From contig CM102284.1 of NCBI GenBank assembly GCA_046563655.1, positions 7,440,001 through 7,504,000 on the forward strand: DNA of 64,000 nt, given 5' to 3'. The DNA is from Yuukianura sp. NJ FZ-2021. Taxonomy: Eukaryota. The notes under the pieces were generated by a model that had not been told where the DNA came from, did no database searches, and worked only from the letters and a program-made list of their open reading frames with translations. The stretch's first letter is position 1. Every line of letters starts with the position of its first letter. Positions 26,363 to 40,121 of the stretch are shown here, piece by piece. A program made the translations under genes and the position numbers.

Positions 26363-28976
26363 TGTTTGTAGAAACTAGTTTTGACTTAGAGCGAAAGCAG
26401 TAAGTTTTTCGAAAATCCAAATGTTAGGCGTCCTCCTAGGTCAGTTGCATGATTCACGATATTTGTGTGCTTTAGAAAATTTCAAATGCAAAATTTTGAT
26501 TTGTTATTCCTGAATGATGGTCCTTGAAATGTTCTTGTTTAAACGAAACCTGGAAATGAAATAAAAAATTACAAAGGTTGTTAAACCCCAATGTCAAATT
26601 GGTTAAATGTCTTAATCAGGTCAAATCTCAAAGTTAATTAGCTTCTAAATTGGAGACAACAGTAACATTTACTCCATCATTACATTAATATGCATAGTTT
26701 AACAAAAAGTTAATACACTAAAACAACGCATTATCAAATACTTGAACATGACAAATCAAAACAAATCCAAAAACAAAGCTTATTCACCTCAAAATCAAAG
26801 TTTACACTCACAAATTTTTTAACGCACCGACCAGAAGCAGACAGACGAAAAACTTTTCTTGAATTTGCTTCGTTTTTCCCTGTTTTGACACTAGTCAAAT
26901 CATAAAATTTTGTGGAAAAATTAAATATTTTTTCAAAAACTAAATATTTGTGGTGCGTCTAATTTTGAAGTTGAAGTTTAAGCGTTTGTGTCGTAACTGA
27001 AAGTTCAACCAAAACTAAAAGTGAAAAAGGTTTGGAATTGGATTGGTTTGGATTTTGAATACCGTTGGAAATTCCAACTTGTAACAGAAGTCGGAAACGA
27101 TAATTTTGAACAGTTATTGTCCTGGATTTGGTTTTCTTTGAAATTGGAAAGAGAACAATGGCATGGATGTTTGTTTGGTAAGGGAAAATGACAATAGAGA
27201 AACATGCTTTTGGAAATTGTTGAAACTGGGATGATGATGATGATGATGATGAGCATCATCACGACGAAGTGAACAAATGACTGTACAGAATCATAGAGTG
27301 ACAAAGGAATTTGGCAACTTTACCTTCAACTGCTTTCACTTCCACAGTGATGATTGGTCAACTCGGATGTGGAAGTTGTGAGTCCAAGAATAGAGAGGCC
27401 TTCAAATGTCACGACACGACTGAGGAACTGACCAAAATGGCAGCCAACCTATATAAGGCGTTGCTGGACAAAAGCGTAGTCACTGGACGCGTAGTGCAAG
27501 TCCAAGGCTAAACAATTTAATACTGATTTAAAATCAGGCATAAGTCCACATCATTTCACTTGAATTTGTTCAATTGTTGTGAAGAGTAAGGAGAACTGAC
27601 GTCCTAAAGATTCGCATAAATTAGCACGTCAGAAGATCACAACTTAACACTTTTGGTATTTGGCTTCTGTTTAAAAACTAAATTTAACACTGCTAATTTC
27701 AACAAAACTTTGGAACTTGACTTTTTTCAACTTTGTAAATCCGGTTGGCCAGATTCAGTAAGATGCGTCAATGAAAATTTTCAGCTTTTTCGAATAGGCA
27801 AGCGTAGCGTAACTTACGTTGCGTAAGGCAAGTCGACGTACGGAGAAATGCGTAGAAGAGCACAACTTTTGCACTATGAAGCAAAAAAATGGAATGCGAA
27901 TGATCGAAATGATTTTTTTTGTGCCAATACTTACCGGCTTGCCAAAATTTCGAAACACGATGTTAAGTACTGGTCCAATGGCGTGCCAAGCTTCTTAGAA
28001 AGTTGAACAAAGCAACATGAAATGAAAATTAAAATAGAATTACTACAATGTAAACCTGTTTTAGATTAGATTTTAGCCAGCACTTACTGCCAGTAGTAAA
28101 GTCGTAAAGCAATTACTTTCCAACAAGTTTTCTTCACATAAAGGTTCCAATTGGACATTAAAAGGGGAATGACTGCAAATATTTTGCAAACCGCAGCAAT
28201 ACTTGCAACAGAAGTTCTGTTATAGGGAGAGAAAAACATGAGTTTCAGTTTAGGACACACAAAAACCCTCACTCATCTTCATCTCACATCTTCAGAAGAT
28301 TCACATTCAAAATTCATGTAAAAACTTCCAAGTACTTGACGAAATGTGCTAAATTAAATCCAATGACTGAAGGAAAAGCCTCAAGCATCGCCGCTTTTTC
28401 TTGGTACTTGACAGATTTCATTTCTTGTGCTTCGCAAGTACGGCCAAGGTACGAAGGATTGAAGAGAATAAGTGTCACTCCCCGCGGCAAGAAATTCGCA
28501 AATCTGCAAACAGTACAAAACAGTAAAAGTAAATAAAATTAGCCAACTTTTGGTAATTTGCGGAAAAAGAAAGTTTGGGTTTACCTTGAGATGAAACATG
28601 ATTTCTCAGAATCACTGGAAATGCAACAAGGTGATGACGCAGGTTGGAAATTTTGTTAAGTACTAAAGCAAACAGTGCGAAAGTTGACGGTACAAGAATT
28701 TTAATTGGTTGAATATTTAGTTTCAACTAAATAATGGACTTAGCAATTCAAAGTAGAAAATTGAGTCCAAAGTCCAATTGCATTCCAGGCTTTGCTGTAT
28801 AAGAAGCTAAATGGTTAGAAATTAACACTCTTCTGTTTAAATTGTAAACGTGTAAGAAAGTATAACAAGTTTTAATGAGTTACCAAAGTTAAGTAACAAA
28901 GGAGTTAGTTACAATTGGACTTTTGAGGAGCCTAATTGGTGATGATGTAAAAACTTGGCCCGATGCAAATATTTGT

Positions 28977-29856
28977 TCAGCTATCATCACCTTCAGCATC
29001 AGCGAATTGATTTGGATGTGTCTCGTATCCATTGCCGTGGTCTCCAGATTCGTCAAGTCCAGGAGCTCGCATACCATCTTCGTCTGAGTCGTAGCCTTCG
29101 TGATCCCCAGTTGCACCGACGTCTTCATCTTCAAGCTCTTCTTCTTCGCCTTCTTCTTCTAATTAACACAATTACACAATGACGGTTAGTGCTAAAAGAC
29201 TACGTTAAATCAGAAATAAGATATGTTTAAATTATGTAGGAATGACCTTCACCTTCGCTCATGTCTGACACTGGATCGGGATTTAGCAGAGAGCACTCCT
29301 GGATGGCATTGTACATACTTGTAACGAGTTCGGGGTCGTCTGGAATCAATTTGACTTCAGTTACTTTCTCTTCAGGATCGTACTCAGGATCAGCGTCGTC
29401 TCCAGACCCGTCGTCACCCTCTCCTTCTTCAGTTGATGGATCGCCTGAAATTATAAATAAGATTAGCATCTTACTAAAAATGGTGGACATTCAACGTCTG
29501 CCATACCTTCACAGATTTTCCCATTTACCATGAGATAGATACAAGGCCTTGGGTGGACACTGGCGTCTCGGCTAATTGCATGAAGACACATACTGGTGTA
29601 CTGCATCTCGAAACCTTCTCCAGAAGCTGCACTTCTCCAGCAGAGCGTACTAGATTCAGCAGAAGAAAAAAAACAAATGAAGAAACAAGAAAAATACAAA
29701 GAAATGACACGGCAGTTGTTCGGATTTTGCTGCCAACCTTTCAGAAACGTAGAGTGTACCCTTGCCAATTTCCGTCGTCTCAATTACGGCATCAATGCTG
29801 GAGTTTTGAAAATGAATTCCTTCCAGTGGAACTGGCAATTCCTTGAGTTGGACCAT
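28977..29856 (-). CDS. CLNS1A: Methylosome subunit pICln
   Basis: IGKGTLYVSE, LCW, GFEMQYTSMCLHAISRD, RPCIYLM, VTEVKLIPDD, MYNAIQECSLLNPDP, and an acidic tail ending QFADA. Confidence 0.9.
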
Positions 29857-30977
29857 CGTCAGTAACTTCCCCTTATCCCCTTCCGTCCAAACCTAGAAAA
29901 ACCAGACTTTAGAACCACGTAGTTAAAACTGAAAACTTAAAACACAAGAGTATGAAACCTACCAACTTTTTGCTTGCGGAGTCTTTGTTGATAGCCTCGG
30001 ATGCACAGATCACTTACTTGTTAGCTTAATTAGCTAAACGTTAATTAGAAAAGAATCAATTAACACCTTCGCTGGACATTTACTGTTGAATATTATTGCA
30101 GAAGAAGTCGTCAAAACAAAAACATTGAATTTTGAATTTGAGATATCCAAAAATTTCCCGCCGTGAAATGAAAATGGGGCACGCTGCGACAACGTCTTAA
30201 CGATACGAAACTTTCTCCTAGTAAAATTCCAGTAAACTTTCTCTTTAAAAAAAATTCAATATTAAAATTAAACTATTTCTCAAAATTTTACATCATTCGC
30301 ACAAATTTTAGTTCATAGGGTCAAATACCAATCAGCTTTATATTCAAATTGAGACTTAAATTAGGCATTTTGATCTCTGATGTGTGAGTGCAAAGCTAAA
30401 AATTAGCACTGGATTTTTTTCTAAAAACAGTTTTTACTTGCTCTTAAAAATTAGTCATCGACTGAATCAATAGTATTTTTTGTTAGCCATTATATTTTCA
30501 ATTGAGGCGTGTAGCTTTAAATCGCATTTGAAATGACGCAACTTGTTGTTCTTGAGCAACTGCAAACTTTTATAGTCTTTTGTAGACATTCTATATGAAC
30601 TTTAGTCCTCGCTTGTCAACTAAACGAAACTGTTGGAGTTATTAAGTTCAAAGTTAGTCGAGTGATAATTAATGACAGATTAGTTAAAAGTTAGGAACAA
30701 CATAAATTCCCAATCCCAAGTACTATCTTTCCTCTTGTGCTTCCTCAACATCTGAGTGCTTCACATTTTCATTTAAACCACTTTCCAAAAAACTGCTTCG
30801 TCAAAACCCGTTTGTTAAAAAAGTTAGTCCTTCAAATTCTAAAGTTAAATTTTGAGACAAAGAATTAAGTACTTAGTTTTTTTTAACTTCTACGATACGT
30901 TGTGAAGAAAACTAAAAAAACTAACTATAATTTTTTATAAAGCTTTTTTAAAAAAAAAGTTTGAATTTTTTTTTGAA

Positions 30978-32827
30978 ATGGCTTCAACGGAGGAATTTAC
31001 GTTTCAAAATTATTTGGAAAAATGGGCAAGGTTGCTTTATATCATTCCACCGTCAACAACTTTCGAAAAAGTCGAGGACATTCCATCACCCGATTTCATA
31101 GAACAAGTGAAAATACATAATTTTTATATAAAATTTAATTAATTATATCATAAATTAATAACTTTTAAATGCCTTTTTTTTGTTGTAGACCATTCCATAC
31201 TTTCTGACGCTGATTGTCCTTGAGTATGTCGTGCAGTGGTGGAAAAATGACGTGCCAAAAACTAGGATTAACGATGGCATTACATCTTTAAGCGCTGGAG
31301 CCTTCATGCTCCTTAAAGAGTAACAATTTTGAACTAAATTTTGATTTTGATTTTGAATTTCGAAATTTCGACACTTTCAAATTTTCAAACTTATTTTATA
31401 CCAGTTTGCTGGTTCGCGGCAGTGCAGGTTGGGCGTACATTTACATTTACGAAAATTTTCGACTGTTTGAGCTGCCCTGGGACTCTCCTTACACTTGGTA
31501 CGCTGCAGCGCTTCTCGGAGATTTGTCTTACTACTGGGCACATCGAGCTGGACACGGTTTGCTCTAAAATACTTTTTCCAAAACAACTTTTTTTTGTTGA
31601 AATTCTTCAAAATTTTGACAGAAATTAACCTGTTTTGGGCTCTGCATCAAGTACATCACTCTGCAGAAGACTACAACTTGACAACAGCCCTGCGCCAGTC
31701 AGGATTCCAGTCTTGGTTTACCTGGATTTTCTACCTTCCAGCAGCATTGTTCCTCCCTCCGCCGTTATTCCTAATCCACCAACAATTCAACACGATTTAC
31801 CAGTTCTGGATTCACACAGAAGTGATTGACAACCTTGGTCCACTGGAGTACATTCTGAATACACCGAAACATCATCGTGTCCATCATGGTTGCAACAGAT
31901 ACTGTCTGGACAAGAACTACGCTGGAGTGCTCATCATCTGGGACAGACTCTTTGGAACATTCCAGGACGAACTTCCTGGACAAACGACTTATGGACTAGT
32001 GGAGGACGTCCATTCCTTCAATCCAATGTATCTCCAGGTCAGTGACCTAACCTGCCTTTGAACTTTTGGCCTTGGAGATGACCTTTGACCTTGGAAATGA
32101 CCTTTGACTTTTGACTTTTTGTTACAGTTTTTCTACTTTGGCAAAATTTGGCAAAAAGCGAAATCCTGTGTGACAATTCCCGACAAATTGTCTGCAGTTT
32201 TCAAAGGACCTGGATGGTTTCCTGGGTTGGACAGACTGGGAGATCCAACTGGAGTGGCAGAAGTAAGCGAAAGTATTCAGCGATTGGCTTGGAGGGAAAA
32301 TTTTTGAAATTTTGAAAGTTTTACATTTTTTCAAATTTCAGTTTCCAAATCGTGCGAGATATGATCCAAAAATCCCAACTTGGCAAAGTGTTTACGCTCT
32401 ACTGCACTTTATACTTGTCACTATCGTGCTTCAAATTTTTACACAGCATGAAGCGGTAACTTTGTGAATTTTTGGTTTCAAATTTTGAGCAAGATTGCAA
32501 ATTTCTGTTTTTTCAAAATTTCAGTCCCTGAAGCAATCGAATGTGATAATCTTCGCAGCAGTGATGTTCTATACGCTTACGAGTATTGGATTTATTCTGG
32601 ATGGGAAAAAAATTGGAATTTTGACTGAAATTGTGCGCTGTTTTGGAGCAGTTTTGTTTTTGACGAAAAGTCGAAATTCCGTTGAAGCAATTCAAGAATA
32701 TGACTCTACGACGCTATTTCTTCTGGTGTTTTTCAGTATCTCTCTATTCAGTTTTTCACTTTTTGAAATTGTAACGCTCACTCGAAAAGTCTCGGCTCAA
32801 AACAAACAAAAAATTCAGCAGGAATAA
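30978..32827 (+). CDS. AGMO: Alkylglycerol monooxygenase (fatty acid hydroxylase family), multi-exon
   Basis: YYWAHR, EINLFWALHQVHHSAEDYNLTTALRQS, YQFWIHTEVI, TPKHHRVHHG, DKNYAGVLIIWDRLFGTF, FKGPGW. Confidence 0.93.
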
Positions 32828-33428
32828 CTTTGTGGTAATAACCAAAAAATTTATATAACTTTTCACTAATTCCTCTACAAACATTAAGTAATCACAATAT
32901 GTTAAATTATTATTATTATATAAAATATTGATTCTAAATAATTTGTTGTACTCCAACGCCATTCGAATAGAAAAGGTATTTTTTAATTTTTTTGAAATAG
33001 AATGTACAAGTTATTTTTTAGATGGCGTTTAGCTGTAGCAAAAAAAAATTCAATTTCATTTTGTTTTTTTCGTTTTAATAAATCCGAATTAATTTGAGTA
33101 ATGCAGAAACTTCCACTTTCACATCAATTGACTTGTAGTTTGAACCACCCTTAATGATAATCGCAACGTTACTAATTAACTAAATTTCAGACTAATTTAT
33201 ACTTTTACGAATAATGTCGAAATGCAATTTCAACACAATTTATCCAGCAGCAGATGCTGGAAGCGATCTGGGTCACCCTGCAATCTAGTTTTTGTTATAA
33301 AAATGACACTTTTGCCACTTTCTAAAAATCTCCATTCACCATTTACAAATCTTAAAATTTTAATTAACAATTGATCAACTTAGGTAATCAACACCTTGTT
33401 TTTTTTCTTTTCAAAAAGAAAACTGAGA

Positions 33429-34555
33429 ATGTCACCTAAACTTGCTTTGCTGTTGATTCTACTCTTTGCAGCGAAGGTAGTTCCTCACTCAAACTACACA
33501 AATTGACATCAAAATTTAATTAACAAAGAGTTTTAGTAACTCCGAATGTTTCATTTTGAAAATAGAGTGGAGTTTATGCCCAAGGTAATGCAGAGGAGCA
33601 GAATAGCGCTGCCTACAACTTACAGAATGACATCAAGGAAGTTGTAGCCACCGTAACTACACAATATAATTAAAACGTTTTAATTAATTATTAAATTAAA
33701 TTAATTATTGTAATTGTTAATTGATTAGTACTTGGTGGAGATGACGAACTACCCTCTTGATGATGACATTGAAGCTGCAGCGCGATACGCCGATTCCGGT
33801 CCAATTCCTTATGGAAAGCACCACCATAATTCGCAAGATCGATATGCCCAACTTTTGCAAAAGTTGCAAGAACAGGAACAGCAACTGCAGCAACTCAAGC
33901 AAACAGGAACTGCACAACAGAATCAACAACAGCAACAGAACCAAGGGTCAACAGGAATTCAGCAGGCAAAACAGGAATCGCTGACGTCATCTCCTGCGTC
34001 AGTTCCAGTCGTCGAAGCAACTGCTGCGTCTGCGCCTGCTGTCGCAGCAACTCCAGCCCCTGCAACTCCTGTCCAGCCACTCCAAGAAGCTGTCACATCA
34101 ATTCCAATTATTTTGTCAACATCAACTGCAGCATCACCAGTAGCAATTCCAGCAGCAAGTGCTCCTGCTGCGACCATTTCAACAACGACGCAACTTCCTG
34201 CGTCAACGAGACCAACAGTTGACCCCGTCCATCACATCAATCAAGTCAACAAAATATTGGGCAACGTGGCCAATGGAAACATTGTTGGTAAGTTTAGAAT
34301 CATGACCAATGTTAAGTACCGATAAAAGTTCAGTTTAGTGTAATTACGAATTACTAATTACGAAATACTCAAAGTAATTACGAATTACTTTTAGGAATCG
34401 TCGATGAGTCACTGGCAATCAGAGCTCCAGCACCAGTTCGAAACTTGGTCACAAATATTATGAAAGTCATTTTTTGCAATCCGATTGATCGCCTGTTCGG
34501 CCGATGTGCTCCGAACCAAGTCGATGCTGCGAACAATTCCGTCAAGGGAAAATGA
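33429..34555 (+). CDS. Orphan secreted Gln/Ala/Pro/Thr-rich protein, 4 exons
   Basis: Signal peptide MSPKLALLLILLFAAK|SGVYA; in-frame GT-AG splicing into the 33732 ORF and a final exon with two Cys. Confidence 0.65.
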
Positions 34556-34635
34556 AATTTCAAAATTTACTTTTTCAAAAAATTAAAAAAAATCTGAGTT
34601 TTCGAAATTGGTTTTTAAAATTCAGAGGCAGAATA

Positions 34636-35340
34636 CTAGATTCGTTGCGACAGTTTCAGAAAGGCAGAAACCTTTAGCAGCAGAATCGCTGCGACGCAGG
34701 CGCCAAGTGTAAGTGATCTGGATACTTCCAGTGCTTGTCCAGCACATGTACTTCCATGCCGTGAAGTGCAAGCGCACCGCTGAGTTTCCCTGTCACAGAA
34801 AGCATCTTGGACACAGCCCGTGTACTGAGAAAAGACAGTACAAAAATCTCCGGGTTTAATTCTGCATCTAATGTTTCCATCACTTCCTGGAGACGCTTCC
34901 TTGGCATACAGTCTAAAGCAAGTACATTTGCCAGTACTAGCACATTCCAGCATCGGTTCATCTTCACATGCTATGCACAAATCTTCAAAGTAATTGTTAG
35001 GTCTGCCAAGGGAGTAGAGATGCTGTTTCTCCAAATGGAAATTGAATCCAGTAGTGTTCAAAATCCAAGCTTCTTGAAGAAACCGTTCACGTAAAGTTTT
35101 CCACTGAGCAAAGTTGCACGGAGAACCAATCCGAGCAGTTTTTCCACCATGCATTGTCTCCTGGTTTTCACGAGCAGGGTCGTCCAGTTGCGGAAGTTGG
35201 CGTTTGCAACTGGCAGCAGTCCGTCCAGAACCTACTGATGGGTCAAAAGTACTGCCAGTATCAGTGCCCACTCCCTCTACGGGTTTGAGCAAGTCAAAGG
35301 TCAGCGACACCAAAAACAACAAAACTGGAAGTGCTAGCAT
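34636..35340 (-). CDS. Secreted or GPI-anchored Cys-rich (EGF/EB-like) protein, single exon
   Basis: 234-aa ORF with signal peptide, Cys-rich region (C..C...GKCTC; CRIKPGDFC...C...C...CAC) and hydrophobic C-terminus. Confidence 0.7.
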   Translation of the reverse strand: MLALPVLLFLVSLTFDLLKPVEGVGTDTGSTFDPSVGSGRTAASCKRQLPQLDDPARENQETMHGGKTARIGSPCNFAQWKTLRERFLQEAWILNTTGFNFHLEKQHLYSLGRPNNYFEDLCIACEDEPMLECASTGKCTCFRLYAKEASPGSDGNIRCRIKPGDFCTVFSQYTGCVQDAFCDRETQRCACTSRHGSTCAGQALEVSRSLTLGACVAAILLLKVSAFLKLSQRI

Positions 35341-37420
35341 GACCTTTGACCTCTCTAAAATGTAACGCTAAAAATTTGTCTCAATTTGACCTCCAAAGTT
35401 CCAAAAATTTGCCAACATGAAAAAGCTACAAAATGAATCACAATCATTTCAAAATCTCCGTGACACTAAATTTAACAATTTTCAAGATTTTTTGAAATAC
35501 AAAATTCTTTTGAGCAAATTCAAAAAAAAAGAAAAAGAAAAAAAGAAAATAGTGCAATTACAACTTTTATTATGTCAAAGCGTCTTATTTTTGTTGATCA
35601 AATTCTGTAAAGGGAAAGTTTTGCGAAATTTCGCTTGCCAAGTTCATATTTTGAAGAAATGTTTTGAAAAAACACGATTTCGAAAAAGTTAACGACCGTT
35701 TTTAGTTTAAAGGTCCATAAAAAGTGTACTTTGAAGTGAAATATTTGAAAGTAGCATTAGAAAAGCTGCGTAATTTTTTAACTACCCACTTTAAAGTTTG
35801 GCTTTTTAGCAAACCATGTTAAGCTGTTTGGATTTTTTTTTAGCAAAGAGGAAGCGAGTTTATGTTATTGTGGTTTTTAGTTTGTAAACAATTTTTTTTA
35901 CAATTCGAATTCACTTTTTAAGCCACTTCTAATCTGGCTTCAGTTTAATCTCTTTTCCTGCAGTTACTAAAAGTAAGTCAGTTCAAGTAGGATGTTCGTA
36001 CCACCACAAAAACTAAAATTACTTTCCACACCATGCACCAGTGGTTTTGTATTTTCAAATATTATGGGGCTTATGGCACGTAAACAGCTAAGCTCCAAAT
36101 CTGCGTCGCAGTTTCCAAACTTTTTTCTTCCTCCTTGGAGAGGTCACCTTCCAGAACTTTCTGCGTAGCAACAACTTTGGCTTAAACTAAAAAAGGACGC
36201 TTCAATTTTGGCTCTGGAGGAGGAAATTACTTTTGGAAGGCTGCTTTCTCCTGGCAACAGACAACGTTCTAGAACCTTCTAGAACATTTTCATTCATTCC
36301 AGCTTTCTCCGTCGCAGATTCTGATTGGTCCAGAACTTTCTCCAGCGTCTCCAGTCTCCTTCCAGTCACCTTCCAGTGGCCTACGTGACTCCGGAAGACC
36401 AAGGGAGCTGCTCAGTGGATCAATAGAGCTAGGAGACACGACGCTAGAAATAGAAAACAGTCTAAAAATATGAAGAAAAAATTTTAAAAAGTTATTTTTT
36501 ACGAGATGAATTCTGGATTCTGAAATTTCATATAAGGATTCCTGCAGGAAATTGAGTGACACTTTCTGCTTTATCTTTTGTAAATGTTAGCTTAGTCCTC
36601 ATAACCAATCTATGAAAAATTTCAATTGTACTTTTGACCATTTTTCAAAATTTGAACCAGTTTTCGAAAGTAAGTAGTAATTTTGGGTCAAAATTCGAGC
36701 AAAATTGTGCATTTATTTTTATTTTTTGCTGAAAATTGTGTCCTATTTTTAGATTTTTAGATTTCACACTCCAAATTCACGAAATTGCGCAACATATACC
36801 CACACCACCACCAATGTTTTTGTGGTTTGTTTTGAAAAAGTGTTTTTAGTGCGTTTTTTGTGGGTGCTTCAAGTGGGCGTTGATTTCAATTGCAGATTAG
36901 GCAGAAGTTCTGGTTTAGAGCAAAAAATTTAATATTGTTGTTATGCAAAAACATTCGCGAAAAAAGTAGGCATGAAGAGGCTACGTGCGGTGCAGAGCAT
37001 TCTTGCAGAAAGAGGACAAAGTTTAGTTATGCCTGAGCAAAAATTGTTATGATTTTGCGAAAAACTGCAAACAATGAAGGGAAGGGGGAAGGATTAGCAA
37101 AAATGAAATTAACAAAAAGCTAACAAGAGAATTAAAATTTTCTTTTTGCAGAAATCTTTTTTGTCCAAATGACCTTCCATTGTCCTCCTTCTGTTCCCCC
37201 TGGCAAAGAAAACCGGGTAACCGGGTGGGAATTGTTCAAAGTCAAAGGAAAGTTACGTCGCAGAAAGGCGTTTTTGCCGTAGTCAAGGAAAACAACATTT
37301 TTTTTTGAAAAGCGGAGAATGGGGGAGCTTGGTGGGGATCGGGCTTACGTGACTGTAAGCACGGTTTGGTTCTTCCTCTCCCCTGAAGCTTCTGGAAGCT
37401 TTCTGTGTTTGGCACAAACC

Positions 37421-37427
37421 TATAAAA
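37421..37427 (+). promoter_or_regulatory. TATA box of the putative 37.5-41.1 kb transcription unit
   Basis: TATAAAA followed ~35 nt later by Inr-like TTAGTC, then a GTGAGT donor at 37718. Confidence 0.45.
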
Positions 37428-38024
37428 GGCACGGCGTCCCTCGTCCAAGGTGCCTTTAGTCTCTAAAAGTTTGGCCAAACCAGTTCGTTTGTTAAGAAGT
37501 CGTCCTAAACTAAAAGAAAAGAAAGCAGACCCAGGAAAGGAAGTTTGAACGATTTGCTGAAATTTTGAACAGAAGAATTTGAACGATTTGCTGAAATTTG
37601 AACAGAATTTTTTGAATTTTGGTGGGCACTTGAAGGGTCACGAAGACTAGGCGACCAGAAGGACTCGAAAGACTAAAATAGTCAAGAGATAAAGGCCTTG
37701 AGTCATTTTTGGAATAAGTGAGTTTAAAAAACTAAAATTTTGAAAGTTAAAAATAGTTTACCAAAAAAGTCATTAGAGTGAAATTTTGAGAGAAAGTACA
37801 ATTGGATTTGGATTTTGTGCCATTTGACCCTTGACCTCTTGACACTTTTACACATTGTACCTGGATTTGAGTTAAATTTTGAAAAAAAAGAAAGCAAAAG
37901 AGAAAGTTTGAGCATCCGACCCACCTCCGCCTGAACTCTCGGTGGCTTCGGCCAGCACAATCCCACCGCCCCACCCTGTCCCACCTCTGCGGAGCCCTTT
38001 GAGGCCCAAGGTCAAGGGTCGTGA

Positions 38025-38885
38025 ATGAAACCCGGGCAACTCCTTTCCCCAGCATCAAGTCCCCCCGGGGGCAGACAACGCAGTGACAGTGAGTCGTCCA
38101 CTCCAGAAGACAGTAGTGCCAATCAGAACAGTCCGTGCTCCTACCACCTCCAACTTTCACCACACCAAAGCCTCTTTCCATTCTTCTGCTTCCTGCAACA
38201 AGGTCAACATCAAAGGAGAAGAAAGAGTGAGTCCTTACACCTCAACCATTGACAGAAGCTGACCTCAGGTCAACATTTGACCTCAGAAGAGTCAGAGGTC
38301 AACATTTGACCTCAGAAAAGCCAAAGGTCAACTGGAACTGACCCCTTCGGCACTGGTCCAACGGTAGAAGAGTTTGAATGTCAGAGGAAAGCGGGGGAGA
38401 GAACGAAACGTGTGGGCCAATCCCATGCCGAAGTACGACTGAAACGATAGACTAAGATTTTAGCGGTATTTCTCAAAAACCTAAGGTAAACTTAATTAAA
38501 TTAACTTACTAATTAAGAAAAATCAAAATTTTCAAATTGCATTCAGAATTTAGAAAGATTTTTTGAAACTTAGAATTTTTTTAAAATTTTGTTTTTAGAA
38601 AACAGGATCCTGAAGTTACGAATTCACCATCGAATTGCCAGACGTGGCAAAAGTCCTAACAATTCCTATGCCAATATTGACCAGTTGAGCGAGTCTAGAC
38701 TACGAGCGGTACTTGAAAATTTCAAAATTTTGAAAAAACTGAAATCCAAATTTCAACTTTTTTTGAAATTCGATTGTTTTTTAAACTAGAATCCATCACA
38801 ACCCTCATCCGTGTCAACGCCAAATTTCCGACTTGCGGTGGACGATAATAATTTGAACCGTGCGACTGCGCGTGCGTGTGAATGA
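38025..38885 (+). CDS. Putative 140-aa Ser/Pro-rich basic protein; exons 38025-38226, 38464-38485, 38606-38708, 38790-38885
   Basis: Three GT-AG introns join into one open frame including a 22-nt exon; upstream TATA; AATAAA at 41103. Confidence 0.45.
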
Positions 38886-40046
38886 TCGTTTTCCGTCGAG
38901 CTTTCTAGATTTTACGGAACCAGTCAAAAGTCCTTAACTAAAAGTCATAAGTCACAGCATCATCAGCCTTAGAGCGAAAGCTTGAAAGGTCAAAGGTCAC
39001 CATCCGAAGGTCAAAGGTCATCAGCGACTTCCGCGGATTCGTCAGTGCCGTTCCCACGTCCCAATCGTATCTAGATCAAAAGGAATTCCACGAACGGGAC
39101 GACCCACTGACATCACCACCAGCTAAACGGCCAGCCGACAACCAACAGGAAGTTCAAACAACCTTTTTCAAAAAACCGCTTTTCTGAAAAACGTTTTTTC
39201 AAAAAGGCTGATGTGATATTTTTGTACAAAGTCAAAGTTTTCCTTCCTCTGCTTAAGCAAACTTGTACAGTCATCTTCTAGGTTAGAATCTTAGGGTTTC
39301 CGGGTATCTTGCATTGGGAGGCTAATTTTACAAATTTTAGGGTTAACACACTTCTAAAAAGTGTTTTTTTGGGACAAATTTTGAGATTTTGAAAAAGCGT
39401 TGCTGGGAATCAATAACGGTGCGCGTCGTTATCAATACAATTAGGTTAAGTTAGACTTACACTTAATTTTAAGTTTTCTGCTTATTTGAACCAAAAAGTG
39501 CAATACTAGCTGTAATCTTGAATCGACTGAGTTCCTCTGTTAGGCTTAAGGCTAGGTTAGGTTCAAATTAGACTTAATTTCTTGAATTGAGTTCAAACAA
39601 AAGAGGAATAAGGTCAGGTCAGTCTTAAGGTCACCGAGACTTCGGTCCCCATCCTCCCCCTTCCCCCCTTGATTTAAGCGCACACAAATTACCTTATAGG
39701 GTTTTACAGACTACGCACAAAAATTTGAACGTAACCAGGAGAGGGCGACTTGTTTTTTAAGAGCAGGCTTTGACAAGACTTAATTTTAATTAACTTAGTT
39801 AATTAAAACTAGGCTTAATTTTTAGTTAGCAGCTAGGGAATCGGGAAAGTACAAACTCCAAAGGGGGAGGATTAGGCTAAGATTGTTAAAAAGTTAAGCT
39901 AAACTTAAGTTTTCGGCTTCGGAGGCATTGAAAAGCTAAACGAATTGTTTTTGGAAAGGAAAAGTTTTGTGGAATTTTTAAGAATTGTAGGAATTTTGTG
40001 GATTTGCAAAAATTTAAGGAATTTAAGTTTTTTCGGGAGTTTGAAT

Positions 40047-40121
40047 TTGTCAGATTTGTATTTGGTAGGATTTGGATTGTCAGATTTGTATTTGGTAGGA
40101 TTTGGATTGTCGGGTTTGGAA
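40047..40121. repeat. Short tandem repeat, 30-bp unit, ~2.5 copies
   Basis: ttgtcagatttgtatttggtaggatttgga repeated. Confidence 0.7.

Noticed and set aside
27005-27511. ORFs 27005-27304 and 27311-27511 and a (GAT)n run
   Set aside because: No recognisable motifs or splice context; likely upstream regulatory DNA with a microsatellite.
28083-28730. Possible spliced minus-strand gene downstream of pICln (donor and acceptor-like sites, Cys-containing frames)
   Set aside because: I could not build a start-to-stop frame across the junctions; it may be UTR or a lncRNA. Left uncalled.
38025-38885. Bearded-family or tarsal-less/mille-pattes identity for the small ORF
   Set aside because: It has a basic helix but lacks the Bearded GTFFW and DRW.QA motifs, and no LDPTGxY peptides were found.
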